Below the pieces are notes generated by a model, which had not been told where the DNA came from, ran no database searches, and saw nothing but the letters and a program-made list of their open reading frames with translations. From an uncultured Actinomycetota bacterium (lineage in GTDB: Bacteria > Actinomycetota > Actinomycetes > Mycobacteriales > Micromonosporaceae), in contig CAWIMS010000005.1 in NCBI GenBank assembly GCA_963837285.1, positions 1,844,437-1,908,436 on the forward strand: 64,000 nt of DNA, written 5' to 3'. Shown here piece after piece: positions 27,605 through 37,018 of this stretch. Each line of letters opens with the position of its first letter. The first letter of the stretch is position 1. Position numbers and translations under genes: made by a program.

Positions 27605-28813
27605 TCAATTGACGGCCCGCACGACCATCGCCGAGTTGAACCCGCCGTGGCCCCGCGCGAGCACCAGGGCCACGCGCAGCGGGCCGGGCCGCGCCTCGGT
27701 CACCAGATCGATGCCATATTCGGGTACCGGCCGCGTGGTGTGTACGGTCGGCGGGATGACGCCGTCGCGGATCGACAGCAACGCGGCGACGACGTCCAGC
27801 GGCGCGCCACCGGAGTAGAGACGGCCGGTCATCGTCTTCGGCGCGGTCACCGGCACACCGCCCCGGCCGAACAGCTTCGCGATCGCCTCGGCCTCGCTCC
27901 GGTCCAGATCGGGGACACCGGCGGCGTCGGCGAAGACGACGTCGACCTCACCGCTGGTCAGTCCGGCTTCGACAAGCGCCAGCTCGGCCGCGCGGCGCAG
28001 CCCGGGCTCCCGACCCGTTCCCGGCTTCGGGTCGAACGTCGCGCCGTATCCGGCGATCTCGCCGTACGGTGTAGCGTTGCCTGACCGCTCGCCGTCTTCC
28101 AGGACGACGATCGCTCCGCCTTCGCCGGCGACGTGGCCGCACGCCTCCACGTCGAACGGCAGGTACGCCCGGCACGGGTCGGCGCGGGTACTGAGCCCGC
28201 CACTGGACAGCAGCGCGACCCAGCCCCACGGGCACAGCGAGCTGTCAACACCGCCGGACACCACCAGGCGGGTACCCCGGCGGACGTGCCGCCTGGCATG
28301 GGCGATCGCGTCGAGCCCGCCCGCCTGGTCGCTGACGAGCACGCCGCCGGGTCCCCGCATGCCGTGCCGGATCGAGATCTGGCCGGTGTTGACCGCGTAG
28401 AACCAGGCGAACGACTGGTACGCGCTGACGTGCTCGGGACCCTTGCTCCACAGCTTCTCCAGTTCCCGCTGGCCGAACTCGAAGCCGCCCGAGGAACTGG
28501 CGGTGACGACGCCGATGTCGTACCCGGAAACGTCCGCCGGATCGACCCCGGCGTCGGCGAGTGCCCAGTCCGTGGCGACCAGGGCCATCCGTGTCATGTG
28601 GTCGGTCTGCGGAAGCAACCGGCTCGGCAGATGGTCACCCGGCTGGAACCCGGGCACCTGCCCGGCCAACCGTGCCGGATACCCGCTGGCATCGAACCTG
28701 GTGACCGGCGCGATTCCGCTCTGCCCGGCCAGGGTCGCGCGCCAGTAGTCGGCCATCCCGAGACCGTTCGGCGCGACCACTCCGATGCCGGTCACCACCG
28801 CTCGCGGGGTCAT
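27605..28813 (-). CDS. Chain-length factor (KS-beta)
   Basis: ORF 27605..28927; ATG 28813 forms an ATGA overlap with the KS-alpha stop. It is KS-like, but the active-site Cys is replaced by Gln ([12 protein letters not shown]), the CLF hallmark. Confidence 0.9.
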   Translation of the reverse strand: MTPRAVVTGIGVVAPNGLGMADYWRATLAGQSGIAPVTRFDASGYPARLAGQVPGFQPGDHLPSRLLPQTDHMTRMALVATDWALADAGVDPADVSGYDIGVVTASSSGGFEFGQRELEKLWSKGPEHVSAYQSFAWFYAVNTGQISIRHGMRGPGGVLVSDQAGGLDAIAHARRHVRRGTRLVVSGGVDSSLCPWGWVALLSSGGLSTRADPCRAYLPFDVEACGHVAGEGGAIVVLEDGERSGNATPYGEIAGYGATFDPKPGTGREPGLRRAAELALVEAGLTSGEVDVVFADAAGVPDLDRSEAEAIAKLFGRGGVPVTAPKTMTGRLYSGGAPLDVVAALLSIRDGVIPPTVHTTRPVPEYGIDLVTEARPGPLRVALVLARGHGGFNSAMVVRAVN

Positions 28814-30066
28814 GCCGCCCGCGCCAGCAGCATCGCACTCTGGAAGCCGCCGAACCCGCTGCCAACGCTCAGTACCCGATCGACGCGCCGCTCCCGAGCG
28901 GTGAGCGGCACGTAGTCCAGATCGCACTCCGGATCGGGCTCGTGCAGGTTGGCCGTCGGTGGTATCACGCCGTGCTCGATGGCCAGCGCGCAGGCGGCGA
29001 TCTCGATCGAGCCGATGGCGCCGAGCGAATGCCCCACCATCGACTTGATCGAGCTGACCGGCGTCCGGTACGCGTGTGCGCCGAGGCTGAGCTTGAACGC
29101 GGCGGTCTCGTGCCGGTCATTCTGTTTGGTACCCGAGCCGTGGGCGTTGATGTAGTCGACGTCCCCGGCCCCGGCGCCGGCCTGCGCCATCGCGGCACGG
29201 ATCGCCTCGGCCATCTCACGCCCGTCCGGACGCAGCCCGGTCATGTGGTATGCGTTGCATCGCGACGCGAAGCCGGCTATCTCGGCGTAGACGTGCGCTC
29301 CCCGTCGACGGGCGCTGTCGAGTTCCTCGAGAACCAACATCGCCGCCCCCTCGCCGAGCACGAACCCGTTACGGGTGCGGTCGAACGGACGGGAGGCGTG
29401 CTCGGGATCGTCGTTGCGCGGCGACGTCGCCTTGATCGCGTCGAAGCAGGCGAGCGTGATGGGCGAGATCGGCGCATCGGTGGCACCGGCGACCATCACC
29501 TCGGCGGAGCCCTCGTGGATCAGCTCGCAGGCGTACCCGACCGAGTCCAGACCGGACGTGCATCCGGTCGATACGAGGGTGACCGGGCCCTCGGCGCCGA
29601 CGGTCCAGGCGACCTCGGCCGCGAGCGAGCTGGGCACGAAGTGCCGGTACAGGTGTGGCACCGCGTACGCGTGGTCCACCAGCCAGGACCTGCCGCCGTC
29701 GCTCACCACGACGTACTCCTCTTCGAGCCCCATCGTGGCGCCGACGGCGCTGCCCAGGCTCACCCCGGTCCGCGTCGGATCCAGCTCGCCGAACTCCAGG
29801 CCGCTGTCGGCCACCGCCTCCCGGGCGGATACGACCGCGAGCTGCGCGGCGCGGTCCATCCGCCGTACCTCCTGGGGGCTCAGGCCGTGCTGTACCGGGT
29901 CGAAGTCACACTCGGCCGCGATCCGTGAACGAAACGGCGAGGCGTCGAACGTGGAGATGATCCGGGTCGCGGTGCGCCCCGCGGTCAGCGTTTCCCAGAA
30001 CCTCTCGACGCCGGCGCCACCCGGCGCGAAGACGCCGATTCCGGTGATGCCAACACGACGGCTCAT
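28810..30066 (-). CDS. Type II PKS ketosynthase alpha
   Basis: ORF 28810..30162; ATG 30066 follows GGGAGG. Active-site [15 protein letters not shown], plus the two His regions ([16 protein letters not shown]). Confidence 0.95.
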   Translation of the reverse strand: MSRRVGITGIGVFAPGGAGVERFWETLTAGRTATRIISTFDASPFRSRIAAECDFDPVQHGLSPQEVRRMDRAAQLAVVSAREAVADSGLEFGELDPTRTGVSLGSAVGATMGLEEEYVVVSDGGRSWLVDHAYAVPHLYRHFVPSSLAAEVAWTVGAEGPVTLVSTGCTSGLDSVGYACELIHEGSAEVMVAGATDAPISPITLACFDAIKATSPRNDDPEHASRPFDRTRNGFVLGEGAAMLVLEELDSARRRGAHVYAEIAGFASRCNAYHMTGLRPDGREMAEAIRAAMAQAGAGAGDVDYINAHGSGTKQNDRHETAAFKLSLGAHAYRTPVSSIKSMVGHSLGAIGSIEIAACALAIEHGVIPPTANLHEPDPECDLDYVPLTARERRVDRVLSVGSGFGGFQSAMLLARAA

Positions 30067-30220
30067 GACCTCGGTACCTCCCACAGGTGGTCGCGGTGCC
30101 TCTCGGGTCGCCGTCGGCTCCGCATCCGAGTCGAGACTGGCAACGGGTGATAGAGGCGGCATAGAAGCGACCTAAGCGGCGTCCGGCCGACGAGGCCCTG
30201 CCACTAGCGGCGCTCTATCG

Positions 30221-30253
30221 GTCGTGAAGGTGCGCGCTGTCATGCTTCACGAC
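30221..30253. promoter_or_regulatory. 9-bp perfect inverted repeat GTCGTGAAG-N15-CTTCACGAC in the KS-alpha/SDR divergent region
   Basis: Read directly from the sequence. It lies 27-59 nt upstream of the SDR ATG (30280). Confidence 0.3.
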
Positions 30254-30279
30254 GCGACGACCCGGCGGAGAGGGACGCT

Positions 30280-31023
30280 ATGCGGCTGAAGGGAAGGACC
30301 GCCGTCGTAACCGGCGGGACCAGTGGACTCGGCAGGTGCATAGCCCGGGCTTTCGTGGCCGAGGGGGCCACCGTGGTGTGCGCCGCCCGCCGGGTGCCGC
30401 CCGCGCGGGAAGCGGACCGGTTCGACGGGTACCCCGACCGCGTCGCGTTCCACCAGGTCGACGTGCGCGATCCGGAGGCGGTGGAGGACCTGATGCGGGC
30501 GGCCGCGGACCGGTTCGGCCTGCTGGACGTGGTGGTTGCGGGCGCTGGCGTCAGCCGGCCCGGCCCGGCGGCCACCCTGTCCACCGAGGGTTGGCACGAG
30601 GTGATCGACACCAACCTCACCGGCGTGTTCCACTGCGTGCGGGCCGCGGTACCGCATCTCGAACGCTCCGGCGGCGGTCGCATCATCACCGTCTCGTCCG
30701 CGCTGGCTGTACGGGTGGCACCCGGAGCCTCCGCGTACTGCGCGTCGAAGGCCGCCGTGGAGATGTTCACGAAGGTCTGCGCGATCGAACTGGCCCCGAA
30801 AGGGATCACCGTCAACTGCCTGTCGCCGGGATTCCTCGACGAGGGAATCGGCAAGGCGCTCGCGGGCAACGCGACGGTCTGGGCGCGCTACCGCCCCAAG
30901 CTCGCCATGGGTCGCCTTGGTACCGGAGACGAGGCGGCATCGGCCGCTGTGTTCCTGGCCGGAGACGACAGCTCCTACGTCAACGGGCATGTGCTGGAGG
31001 TGAACGGTGGACTCGACTGGTAA
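30280..31023 (+). CDS. SDR-family oxidoreductase (FabG-like)
   Basis: TAVVTGGTSGLGRCIARAF, YCASKAAVEMFTK. RBS GGAGAGGGA. Confidence 0.85.
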   Translation: MRLKGRTAVVTGGTSGLGRCIARAFVAEGATVVCAARRVPPAREADRFDGYPDRVAFHQVDVRDPEAVEDLMRAAADRFGLLDVVVAGAGVSRPGPAATLSTEGWHEVIDTNLTGVFHCVRAAVPHLERSGGGRIITVSSALAVRVAPGASAYCASKAAVEMFTKVCAIELAPKGITVNCLSPGFLDEGIGKALAGNATVWARYRPKLAMGRLGTGDEAASAAVFLAGDDSSYVNGHVLEVNGGLDW

Positions 31024-31444
31024 CACGCTTGCCGTCAGGACGGCGTACCCCGAAATCCTGCAGTTCTACGCGAAGCACATGCGGCTGCTCGACGAGGGAG
31101 CCGCGGAGGAATGGGCGGACGACTTCACCGGGGACGCCGTATTCACCCAGAACGTCAAGCCCGTCCCGTGGCGGGGCCGGGGCGAGATCGCCGCGTTGAT
31201 GCGGCGTGGCGCCGACCGGCTGGCAGCGAGCGGTATCGTCCGGCGCCACTGGCTCAGCATGGTGTCGATCGACCGGGAGGACGACGACACCGTCCACACG
31301 CGCTACTACGCGGTGATCTTCGAAACCCCCAAGGGCGGAAAGCCGTCGGTGCACCTGTGCACGACCGGCGAGGACGAACTCGTCCGGCACGGTGATCGCT
31401 GGTTGGTGAGGTACCGCAGCATCGCCCACGACGGAGTGGCATGA
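31007..31444 (+). CDS. NTF2/SnoaL-like protein
   Basis: 145 aa. The pattern (FYAKHMRLLDEG...WADDFTGDAVF...RRHWLSMVSI...) is consistent with the SnoaL_4/NTF2 fold. GTG start overlaps the SDR 3' end. Confidence 0.6.
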   Translation: MDSTGNTLAVRTAYPEILQFYAKHMRLLDEGAAEEWADDFTGDAVFTQNVKPVPWRGRGEIAALMRRGADRLAASGIVRRHWLSMVSIDREDDDTVHTRYYAVIFETPKGGKPSVHLCTTGEDELVRHGDRWLVRYRSIAHDGVA

Positions 31445-31463
31445 GCCCGAAGGGAAGATCTTC

Positions 31464-33119
31464 ATGACGAGCAGCGAACACCAGTGCGACGTCTTCATCC
31501 TCGGCTCGGGCCTGGCCGGCTCGATCACCGCGTCGATCCTCGCGCGCCAGGGCGCCTCGGTGGTGCTCGCCGACGCGGCCTCGCATCCCCGCTTCGCGGT
31601 CGGCGAGTCGATGACCCCGCAGATGGTCGAGTGGTTGCACATCCTGGCCCTCCGCTACGACGTACCGGAAATCAAGAACCTCCTGGACTTCGACACGGTC
31701 ATCGATCGGATCGGACCGTCCCACGGCCGGAAGGAGAGCTTCGGGTTCGTCAAGCACGACCCGGGCCAGGAGCCAGATCCGCACGAGACCACGATGTTCC
31801 TGATCCCGCAGATGCTCACCAAGGCCTGCCACCTGTTCCGGCAGGACTCGGACGCCTACTACTTCCACGTGGCGGCCCGGTACGGCTGCGTGACGAGGCA
31901 GAACTGGCGGGCCGCCGATCTGGACTTCGACGATGACGGGGTCACCGTCAGCGGGCAGAACGGCGAGGTGTTCCGGGCCCGGTACCTGATCGACGCCAGC
32001 GGCTTCCGGTCCCCGCTGGCCGAGAAGTTCGATCTGCGCGACAAGCCGTGCCGGTTCAAGCACCACGCCCGCTCGCTGTTCACCCACTACATCGGGATCA
32101 AGCCGTTCGACGACGTGAGCCGGCACCCGGAAAGCCTGCGCCCGCCGGGCCGCTGGCACGCGGGTACGCTGCATCACCTGATCGAGCGGGGCTGGTTCTG
32201 GATCATCCCGTTCGACAATCACAAGGACGCCAAGAATCCACTGTGCAGTGTCGGGCTCACGTTCGACGAACGGCTGTATCCCAAGCCCACGGACATGACG
32301 CCGGACGAGGAGTTCGACCACTACCTCGACATGTACCCGGCCATCAAGCGACAGTTCGACGGGGCGCAGCGGGTCCGCGAATGGGTCTCCACCGACCGGA
32401 TCCAGTACTCCTCGAAGCGATCCGTCGGATACCGCTGGTGCCTGATGTCGCACGCCGCCGGGTTCATCGACCCGCTGTTCTCGCGCGGCCTGTCCAACAC
32501 GTTCGAGGTGGTCGATGCCCTCGCCGGCCGGATCCTCGCCGCGTTGGGGGACGACGACTTCTCGGTCGAGCGCTTCGAGTACGTGGACCGGCTGGAGCGC
32601 GGCCTGCTGGACTACAACGACGAACTGGTGAACAGCTCGTACATCTCCTTCTCGCACTTCCCCCTCTGGAACGCGGTGTTCCGAGTCTGGGGGGCCACGC
32701 AGACCCCCGGTGCGTTCCGGCTGACCCACGCTCGGCTGGCGTACACCCGTGACGGCGACGACCGGCACTTCCAGGAACTGGAGAACAGCAGGTACCCGGG
32801 ACTGTGGTGGCCGGAGGACGACCTGGTGAAGAACCTGCTCGAACTCACGGCGGAGACCTGCGAGAAGTACGAGGTCGGCGAGCTGGACGGGGACACCGCC
32901 GCGGCGACGATCCTCGCGCGGGTCCAGGAGTGCGAGCTGGTCAACTCCACCTTCGGGTGGAAGGACCCGGAGCACCACTTCGCCGCGCCGAGCACCCGGG
33001 ACATGCTCCGCTACCTGTACTGGGCGAGCACCAGGGCGCCGGCCGGACTGCGCCGGCACGGACGCGCGATGGCGAACGGAATCCTCTGGTCCGCCCTGCA
33101 CGGCAAGCGGGTCCACTGA
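31464..33119 (+). CDS. Flavin-dependent halogenase
   Basis: FAD motif ILGSGLAGS, halogenase signature GWFWIIP (WxWxIP), and FIDPLFSRG (FxxPxxSxG). Confidence 0.85.
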   Translation: MTSSEHQCDVFILGSGLAGSITASILARQGASVVLADAASHPRFAVGESMTPQMVEWLHILALRYDVPEIKNLLDFDTVIDRIGPSHGRKESFGFVKHDPGQEPDPHETTMFLIPQMLTKACHLFRQDSDAYYFHVAARYGCVTRQNWRAADLDFDDDGVTVSGQNGEVFRARYLIDASGFRSPLAEKFDLRDKPCRFKHHARSLFTHYIGIKPFDDVSRHPESLRPPGRWHAGTLHHLIERGWFWIIPFDNHKDAKNPLCSVGLTFDERLYPKPTDMTPDEEFDHYLDMYPAIKRQFDGAQRVREWVSTDRIQYSSKRSVGYRWCLMSHAAGFIDPLFSRGLSNTFEVVDALAGRILAALGDDDFSVERFEYVDRLERGLLDYNDELVNSSYISFSHFPLWNAVFRVWGATQTPGAFRLTHARLAYTRDGDDRHFQELENSRYPGLWWPEDDLVKNLLELTAETCEKYEVGELDGDTAAATILARVQECELVNSTFGWKDPEHHFAAPSTRDMLRYLYWASTRAPAGLRRHGRAMANGILWSALHGKRVH

Positions 33120-33148
33120 CACCACCCCGCGCCCGCAAGGAGTACACG

Positions 33149-33679
33149 ATGACAACGGAGCGATCCGCCGGTGTCACCGGGCGGCTGTTGCGCGAGGTGT
33201 GCGGGCTCTTCGTCACCGGCGTCACCGTGGTGACCAGCGTGGCGGACGGCCGGCCGATCGGTACGACCGTCAACTCGTTCACCTCCGTCTCGCTGGAGCC
33301 CCCGCTCGTACTTTTCTGTCTGCACCGGCAGTCCCGGCTGCGACGTGGGTTGGCCGAGTCCCGCCGGTTCGCGGTCAACTTCCTGACCGGCAGGCAGGAA
33401 CAGCTCGCCTGGAGCTTCGCCACAAAGCACACCGGGATCGTCCCGCCGGACGCGTACGGCGACTGTGCCGTGGGGATGCCGGTGCTCAACGAGTCGCTGG
33501 CATTCATCGCCTGCACGATCACCGAGGAGTTCGAGGGCGGTGACCACACCATCGTGGTCGGTGAGGTCGTCGAGCTCGGCTCGCCGCGACGCGGCCACGA
33601 ACCGTTGATCTTCCACCGGGGAACGCTCAGCGCGCTCGAGGACCGGCTCTGGTCCGCCCAACCCATCTGGGACGGGTGA
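33149..33679 (+). CDS. Flavin reductase (HpaC-like)
   Basis: ATG 33149 follows AAGGAG. GLFVTGVTVVTS...GTTVNSFTSVSLEPPLVLFCL is the typical flavin reductase domain. Confidence 0.85.
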   Translation: MTTERSAGVTGRLLREVCGLFVTGVTVVTSVADGRPIGTTVNSFTSVSLEPPLVLFCLHRQSRLRRGLAESRRFAVNFLTGRQEQLAWSFATKHTGIVPPDAYGDCAVGMPVLNESLAFIACTITEEFEGGDHTIVVGEVVELGSPRRGHEPLIFHRGTLSALEDRLWSAQPIWDG

Positions 33680-33872
33680 GGCGACGACCACCCGCAACGA
33701 CCGGAAAGGCCGAACATGCGCAGCATGGGCAGCATGGGCAGCGCCCAGGACATGAAGTACGCGACGGTGCTCGCCGGTATCGCGGCGCCCGAGGTCGCGC
33801 CCGAGGTCGCCGAGCCAGTGGCCGCCCCGGCCGGCCGCTGACCCACAACGGAACTCCAGGAGAAGAGGTGCC

Positions 33873-34841
33873 ATGCGCGCGGTTCGTTACCACAGATACG
33901 GTGACCCCGAGGTTCTGCGGGTGGAGGAGGCACCGTCCCCGTCGCCGGGGCCGAACCAGGTTCTGATCCGCACCGAGGCGATCGGGGTCAACTTCATCGA
34001 GACCCAGCGGCGCCGCGGCACCGGTCCGTTCCCACCGCCGCTGCCGGCGAGCCCGAACGGTGACGTGGTCGGTGTGGTGGAGGCTCTCGGCGATGGCGTG
34101 GACACTGTCTCCGTCGGCGACCGGGTCGCGGCCGCTGTGATGTCGGACGCCTACGCCGAGCAGGTGGTGGCGGATGCCACGTTCCTGACGCCACTTCCGT
34201 CCGAACTGGACGCCGCGCACGCCAGTGTCCTCGCCTCGCCGGCTCAGGTGGCCCTCTGTCTGCTGCGCGCCGGGCGGGTCTCCACGGGGGACACCGTGCT
34301 GGTGCACGCCGCCGCCGGCACCATCGGACACCTCGCCACTCAGCTGGCCAAGCTGTTGGGCGCAGGCCGCGTGATCGGCACCGCCGGCTCACCCGGGAAG
34401 CTCGCCTTCGCGCGGGAGTACGGTGCGGACGACGCCATCAACTACCGCGATGACAACTGGGTGGCACAGGCGCGGGAGGCCGCCGGCGGGCACGGCGTCG
34501 ACGTCATCCTCGACGGCGTCGGTGGCGACATCCTACTCAAGGGCATTGACGCGTTGGCGCCGTTCGGCCGGCTGGTGTTTTTCGGCGCGGCGCAGGGAGC
34601 GCCGAGCGTTCCGGTGATGCGTCTGCTCGAGATGAAGTACATCGTGGGCAGCGCATTCAACGCCTGGTGGAAGCACGAACCCGAGGCCCTGAAGAAGGGC
34701 CTAGCGGAGCTGGTCGACTACGTCTGCACCGGGCGGCTACGGGTGGGCCTGCACGCCACCCTGCCGCTCGAACGGGCCGCTGACGCCCACCGGATGATCG
34801 AGGAGCGGGCGCACCTCGGCCGGTTGTTGCTTGTGCCCTAG
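33873..34841 (+). CDS. Zinc-type alcohol dehydrogenase/quinone oxidoreductase (MDR family)
   Basis: [19 protein letters not shown]...NFIE and the nucleotide motif [28 protein letters not shown]. Confidence 0.85.
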   Translation: MRAVRYHRYGDPEVLRVEEAPSPSPGPNQVLIRTEAIGVNFIETQRRRGTGPFPPPLPASPNGDVVGVVEALGDGVDTVSVGDRVAAAVMSDAYAEQVVADATFLTPLPSELDAAHASVLASPAQVALCLLRAGRVSTGDTVLVHAAAGTIGHLATQLAKLLGAGRVIGTAGSPGKLAFAREYGADDAINYRDDNWVAQAREAAGGHGVDVILDGVGGDILLKGIDALAPFGRLVFFGAAQGAPSVPVMRLLEMKYIVGSAFNAWWKHEPEALKKGLAELVDYVCTGRLRVGLHATLPLERAADAHRMIEERAHLGRLLLVP

Positions 34842-34876
34842 CACCGGGCGCAAAATGGCACCCCGGCCATCCCGCG

Positions 34877-35308
34877 GCCGAGCAGTGCGAAGGCTGCACG
34901 TGGGTCACCACCCAGGTCATGGACCTGTCCTATCTGCATTCCCGCGACATCACGTACGCGGTCTTCTGTCAGGGTCCCTACGACGAAAGCACCCACTACC
35001 GCGACTTCATGGGTTGGGACATGCCCTGGTACTCGGCACAGCCCTCCCTCGACACGCTCCTCATCGGGCGCCGGAGCGGCGTGGAGGCAATGGACTACAG
35101 CTACGCGCTCATGGACCTCACCGTGTATGGGCGCCAGGAATCGTGGGAGGACTCCCCCACCGGCTGGCCACAAGAGTGCACCATCACGCGTACCAGCGGC
35201 GGTGCACCCGATTGGCCACCGGTGCCAGCGTGGCCGGACGGACGCCCGATCGCCCAGTGGCCGCGACTCGAAGCCGGACGCTCCGACGACCTCGCCGTTG
35301 GGCGCTGA
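34877..35308 (+). pseudogene. 5'-truncated DUF899 (thioredoxin-like) gene remnant
   Basis: The frame of ORF 34919..35308 reads ...[29 protein letters not shown]...[13 protein letters not shown]...[15 protein letters not shown]. This matches only the C-terminal ~60% of DUF899 proteins as I recall them. The N-terminal ~100 aa has no room because the upstream oxidoreductase gene ends at 34841. Confidence 0.5.
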
Positions 35309-35385
35309 ATTCGAGGGTGGATCCGGTCCACGGGCCGGGTCCACCCTCGGCACACGGACGTCGGTCGCGCCGGCCAGGCACCGGT

Positions 35386-36102
35386 TCAGGCCGTGCGGCT
35401 GCGCACGACCTCTTCGATGATCTGCCGGAGGGCATCGCGGGCGGGGTCGAGAGTGACCCCGGCCATGGCGAGCGCCGCGCCCGCGTCGCTGTCCGGGTCG
35501 TGGAGGATGCCGAGGAGCAGGTGCTCGGTACCGACGTAGTTGTGTCCCAGGCCGACCGCCTCGCTCAACGCCTTGGCCAGGGCCGCCCGGGTCGCCGGCT
35601 CGACCGGGATGACGGTTGGCGCGCCGTCGCCGGTCTCCCGCAGCCCGGAGCGGATTGTCTCGGGATCGCCGCCGAGCCGGGTCACCACCTGCACGGCAAG
35701 CGCCTGCGGATCGGCGAGCAGGCCGAGCAACAGGTCGGCCGGGCGGACCGCCGGATGCTCCAGCCGTCGGGCGTGCTCGGCGGCGTCGGTCAGCGCGTTA
35801 CGCGCACGCGGCGCGAGCCCCTTGAACGCGCCGCCGCGCACGACGTCGTCCATGGTCAGCGCGGATTGCCGCGGCGTGTACCGCTGTTGTGCGGCTTGCC
35901 GGCTCATCCCCAGATGGGTACCGATGTCCGACCACGAATAGCCCTCGGCCCGGGCCTGCTCGACGAAGTAGCCGATGAGGCGGTCACCGAGGCGGCCCAG
36001 TTCGGCGCTCAGCTCCTCCGCCGTCGTGATTTTGGTCAGCGGGTCGGTCCCATCGCGGTCGACCCGTTCGATCAGCGTGTACAACTCCACCGGGCTCGTC
36101 AT
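35386..36102 (-). CDS. Clp N-terminal (Clp_N repeat) domain protein with N-terminal HTH-like segment
   Basis: GYSWSDIGTHLGMSRQAAQQRY (HTH-like), followed by two Clp_N-type repeats (...HPAVRPADLLLGLL..., ...HNYVGTEHLLLGIL...). Confidence 0.75.
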   Translation of the reverse strand: MTSPVELYTLIERVDRDGTDPLTKITTAEELSAELGRLGDRLIGYFVEQARAEGYSWSDIGTHLGMSRQAAQQRYTPRQSALTMDDVVRGGAFKGLAPRARNALTDAAEHARRLEHPAVRPADLLLGLLADPQALAVQVVTRLGGDPETIRSGLRETGDGAPTVIPVEPATRAALAKALSEAVGLGHNYVGTEHLLLGILHDPDSDAGAALAMAGVTLDPARDALRQIIEEVVRSRTA

Positions 36103-36162
36103 GTCAACAGAATGGTTGACGCTTGCCCGGCTGTCAACCTTGACGTTGACAGGGATCGGACG

Positions 36163-37011
36163 CTATCCAGGGCGGCGGTGCGCCGTGACGAGATAGCTCT
36201 GCGGCCACCGGTTGTCGCCGCGCGGCACCGGCGGCCAGGTCCACCGGCCGAAGTGGGCACCGTCGTCGCCGTACCGGGTGACCTGCGCGTCCCAGCCGTG
36301 CCCCGCCAGCAGTGCCTCCGGGTCGTCCGTGCCGAACCGCATGGGCATTCCCGCGTCGGTGAACTTGCGCAGCCACGGCGCGAACGGCGGGAAGGTCAGC
36401 AACGAGCGCCCGACGAAATCGGTCAGCAGCGCGTCGCCGGCATGGGCCAGCCCGCCGATGGCGCCCAGGAGCTGGTCGATCTGCCCGGCGTCGAGGTACA
36501 TCAGCAGTCCCTCGACCAGCCAGACCGTCGTGCTGTCGCGCAGGCCGGCCGCCACCAGCGCGGCGGCCCAGCCGCCGGCCAGGTCAGCGCGGACCGGGGT
36601 CCGGTCGACCTTGGCCTGTGCGCCGAGGCCCGCGAGCCGGTCTTCCTTGACGGCCAGCACCTCGGGCCGGTCGAGCTCGAAGAACCGCACCCCGGCCGGC
36701 AGTGGCAGCCGGAACGCGCGAGCGTCCATGCCGGCGGCCAGCATGACGACCTGGCGGGCATGCCCGTCGGCGAGCAACCGCAGCAGCGCGTCGTCGAAGA
36801 AGCGGGTACGGATCGGAACCGTCATGCCGGTGCCGTCGCCGGGTGCCGACATGCTGGTGAGCAGGCGTTCCCCTTCCGGCCCCGCCAGCGCGGCGGCGTA
36901 CGGGTCCTGGAACAGCGCGTCCGGCCGGGCCGTCTCACGGGCCCGCTCGGCGGCCATCCACTGCGCGGTGAGCGACACCGGATGGGCGGGGGGAACGTCT
37001 ACATCGGACAC
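36163..37011 (-). CDS. SAM-dependent O-methyltransferase, leucine-carboxyl-methyltransferase (LCM/TIGR00027-like) family
   Basis: ORF 36163..37074. GTG 37011 lies 7 nt after the YcaO stop, with GAGG upstream. SLTAQWMAAERARE...DPYA...IRTRFFDD...VVMLAAGMDARAFRL. Confidence 0.75.
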   Translation of the reverse strand: MSDVDVPPAHPVSLTAQWMAAERARETARPDALFQDPYAAALAGPEGERLLTSMSAPGDGTGMTVPIRTRFFDDALLRLLADGHARQVVMLAAGMDARAFRLPLPAGVRFFELDRPEVLAVKEDRLAGLGAQAKVDRTPVRADLAGGWAAALVAAGLRDSTTVWLVEGLLMYLDAGQIDQLLGAIGGLAHAGDALLTDFVGRSLLTFPPFAPWLRKFTDAGMPMRFGTDDPEALLAGHGWDAQVTRYGDDGAHFGRWTWPPVPRGDNRWPQSYLVTAHRRPG

Positions 37012-37018
37012 AATCGCC

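Noticed and set aside
31254-33155. 633-aa ORF on the - strand
   Set aside because: It is antisense to the halogenase gene, which has unambiguous FAD and WxWxIP motifs.
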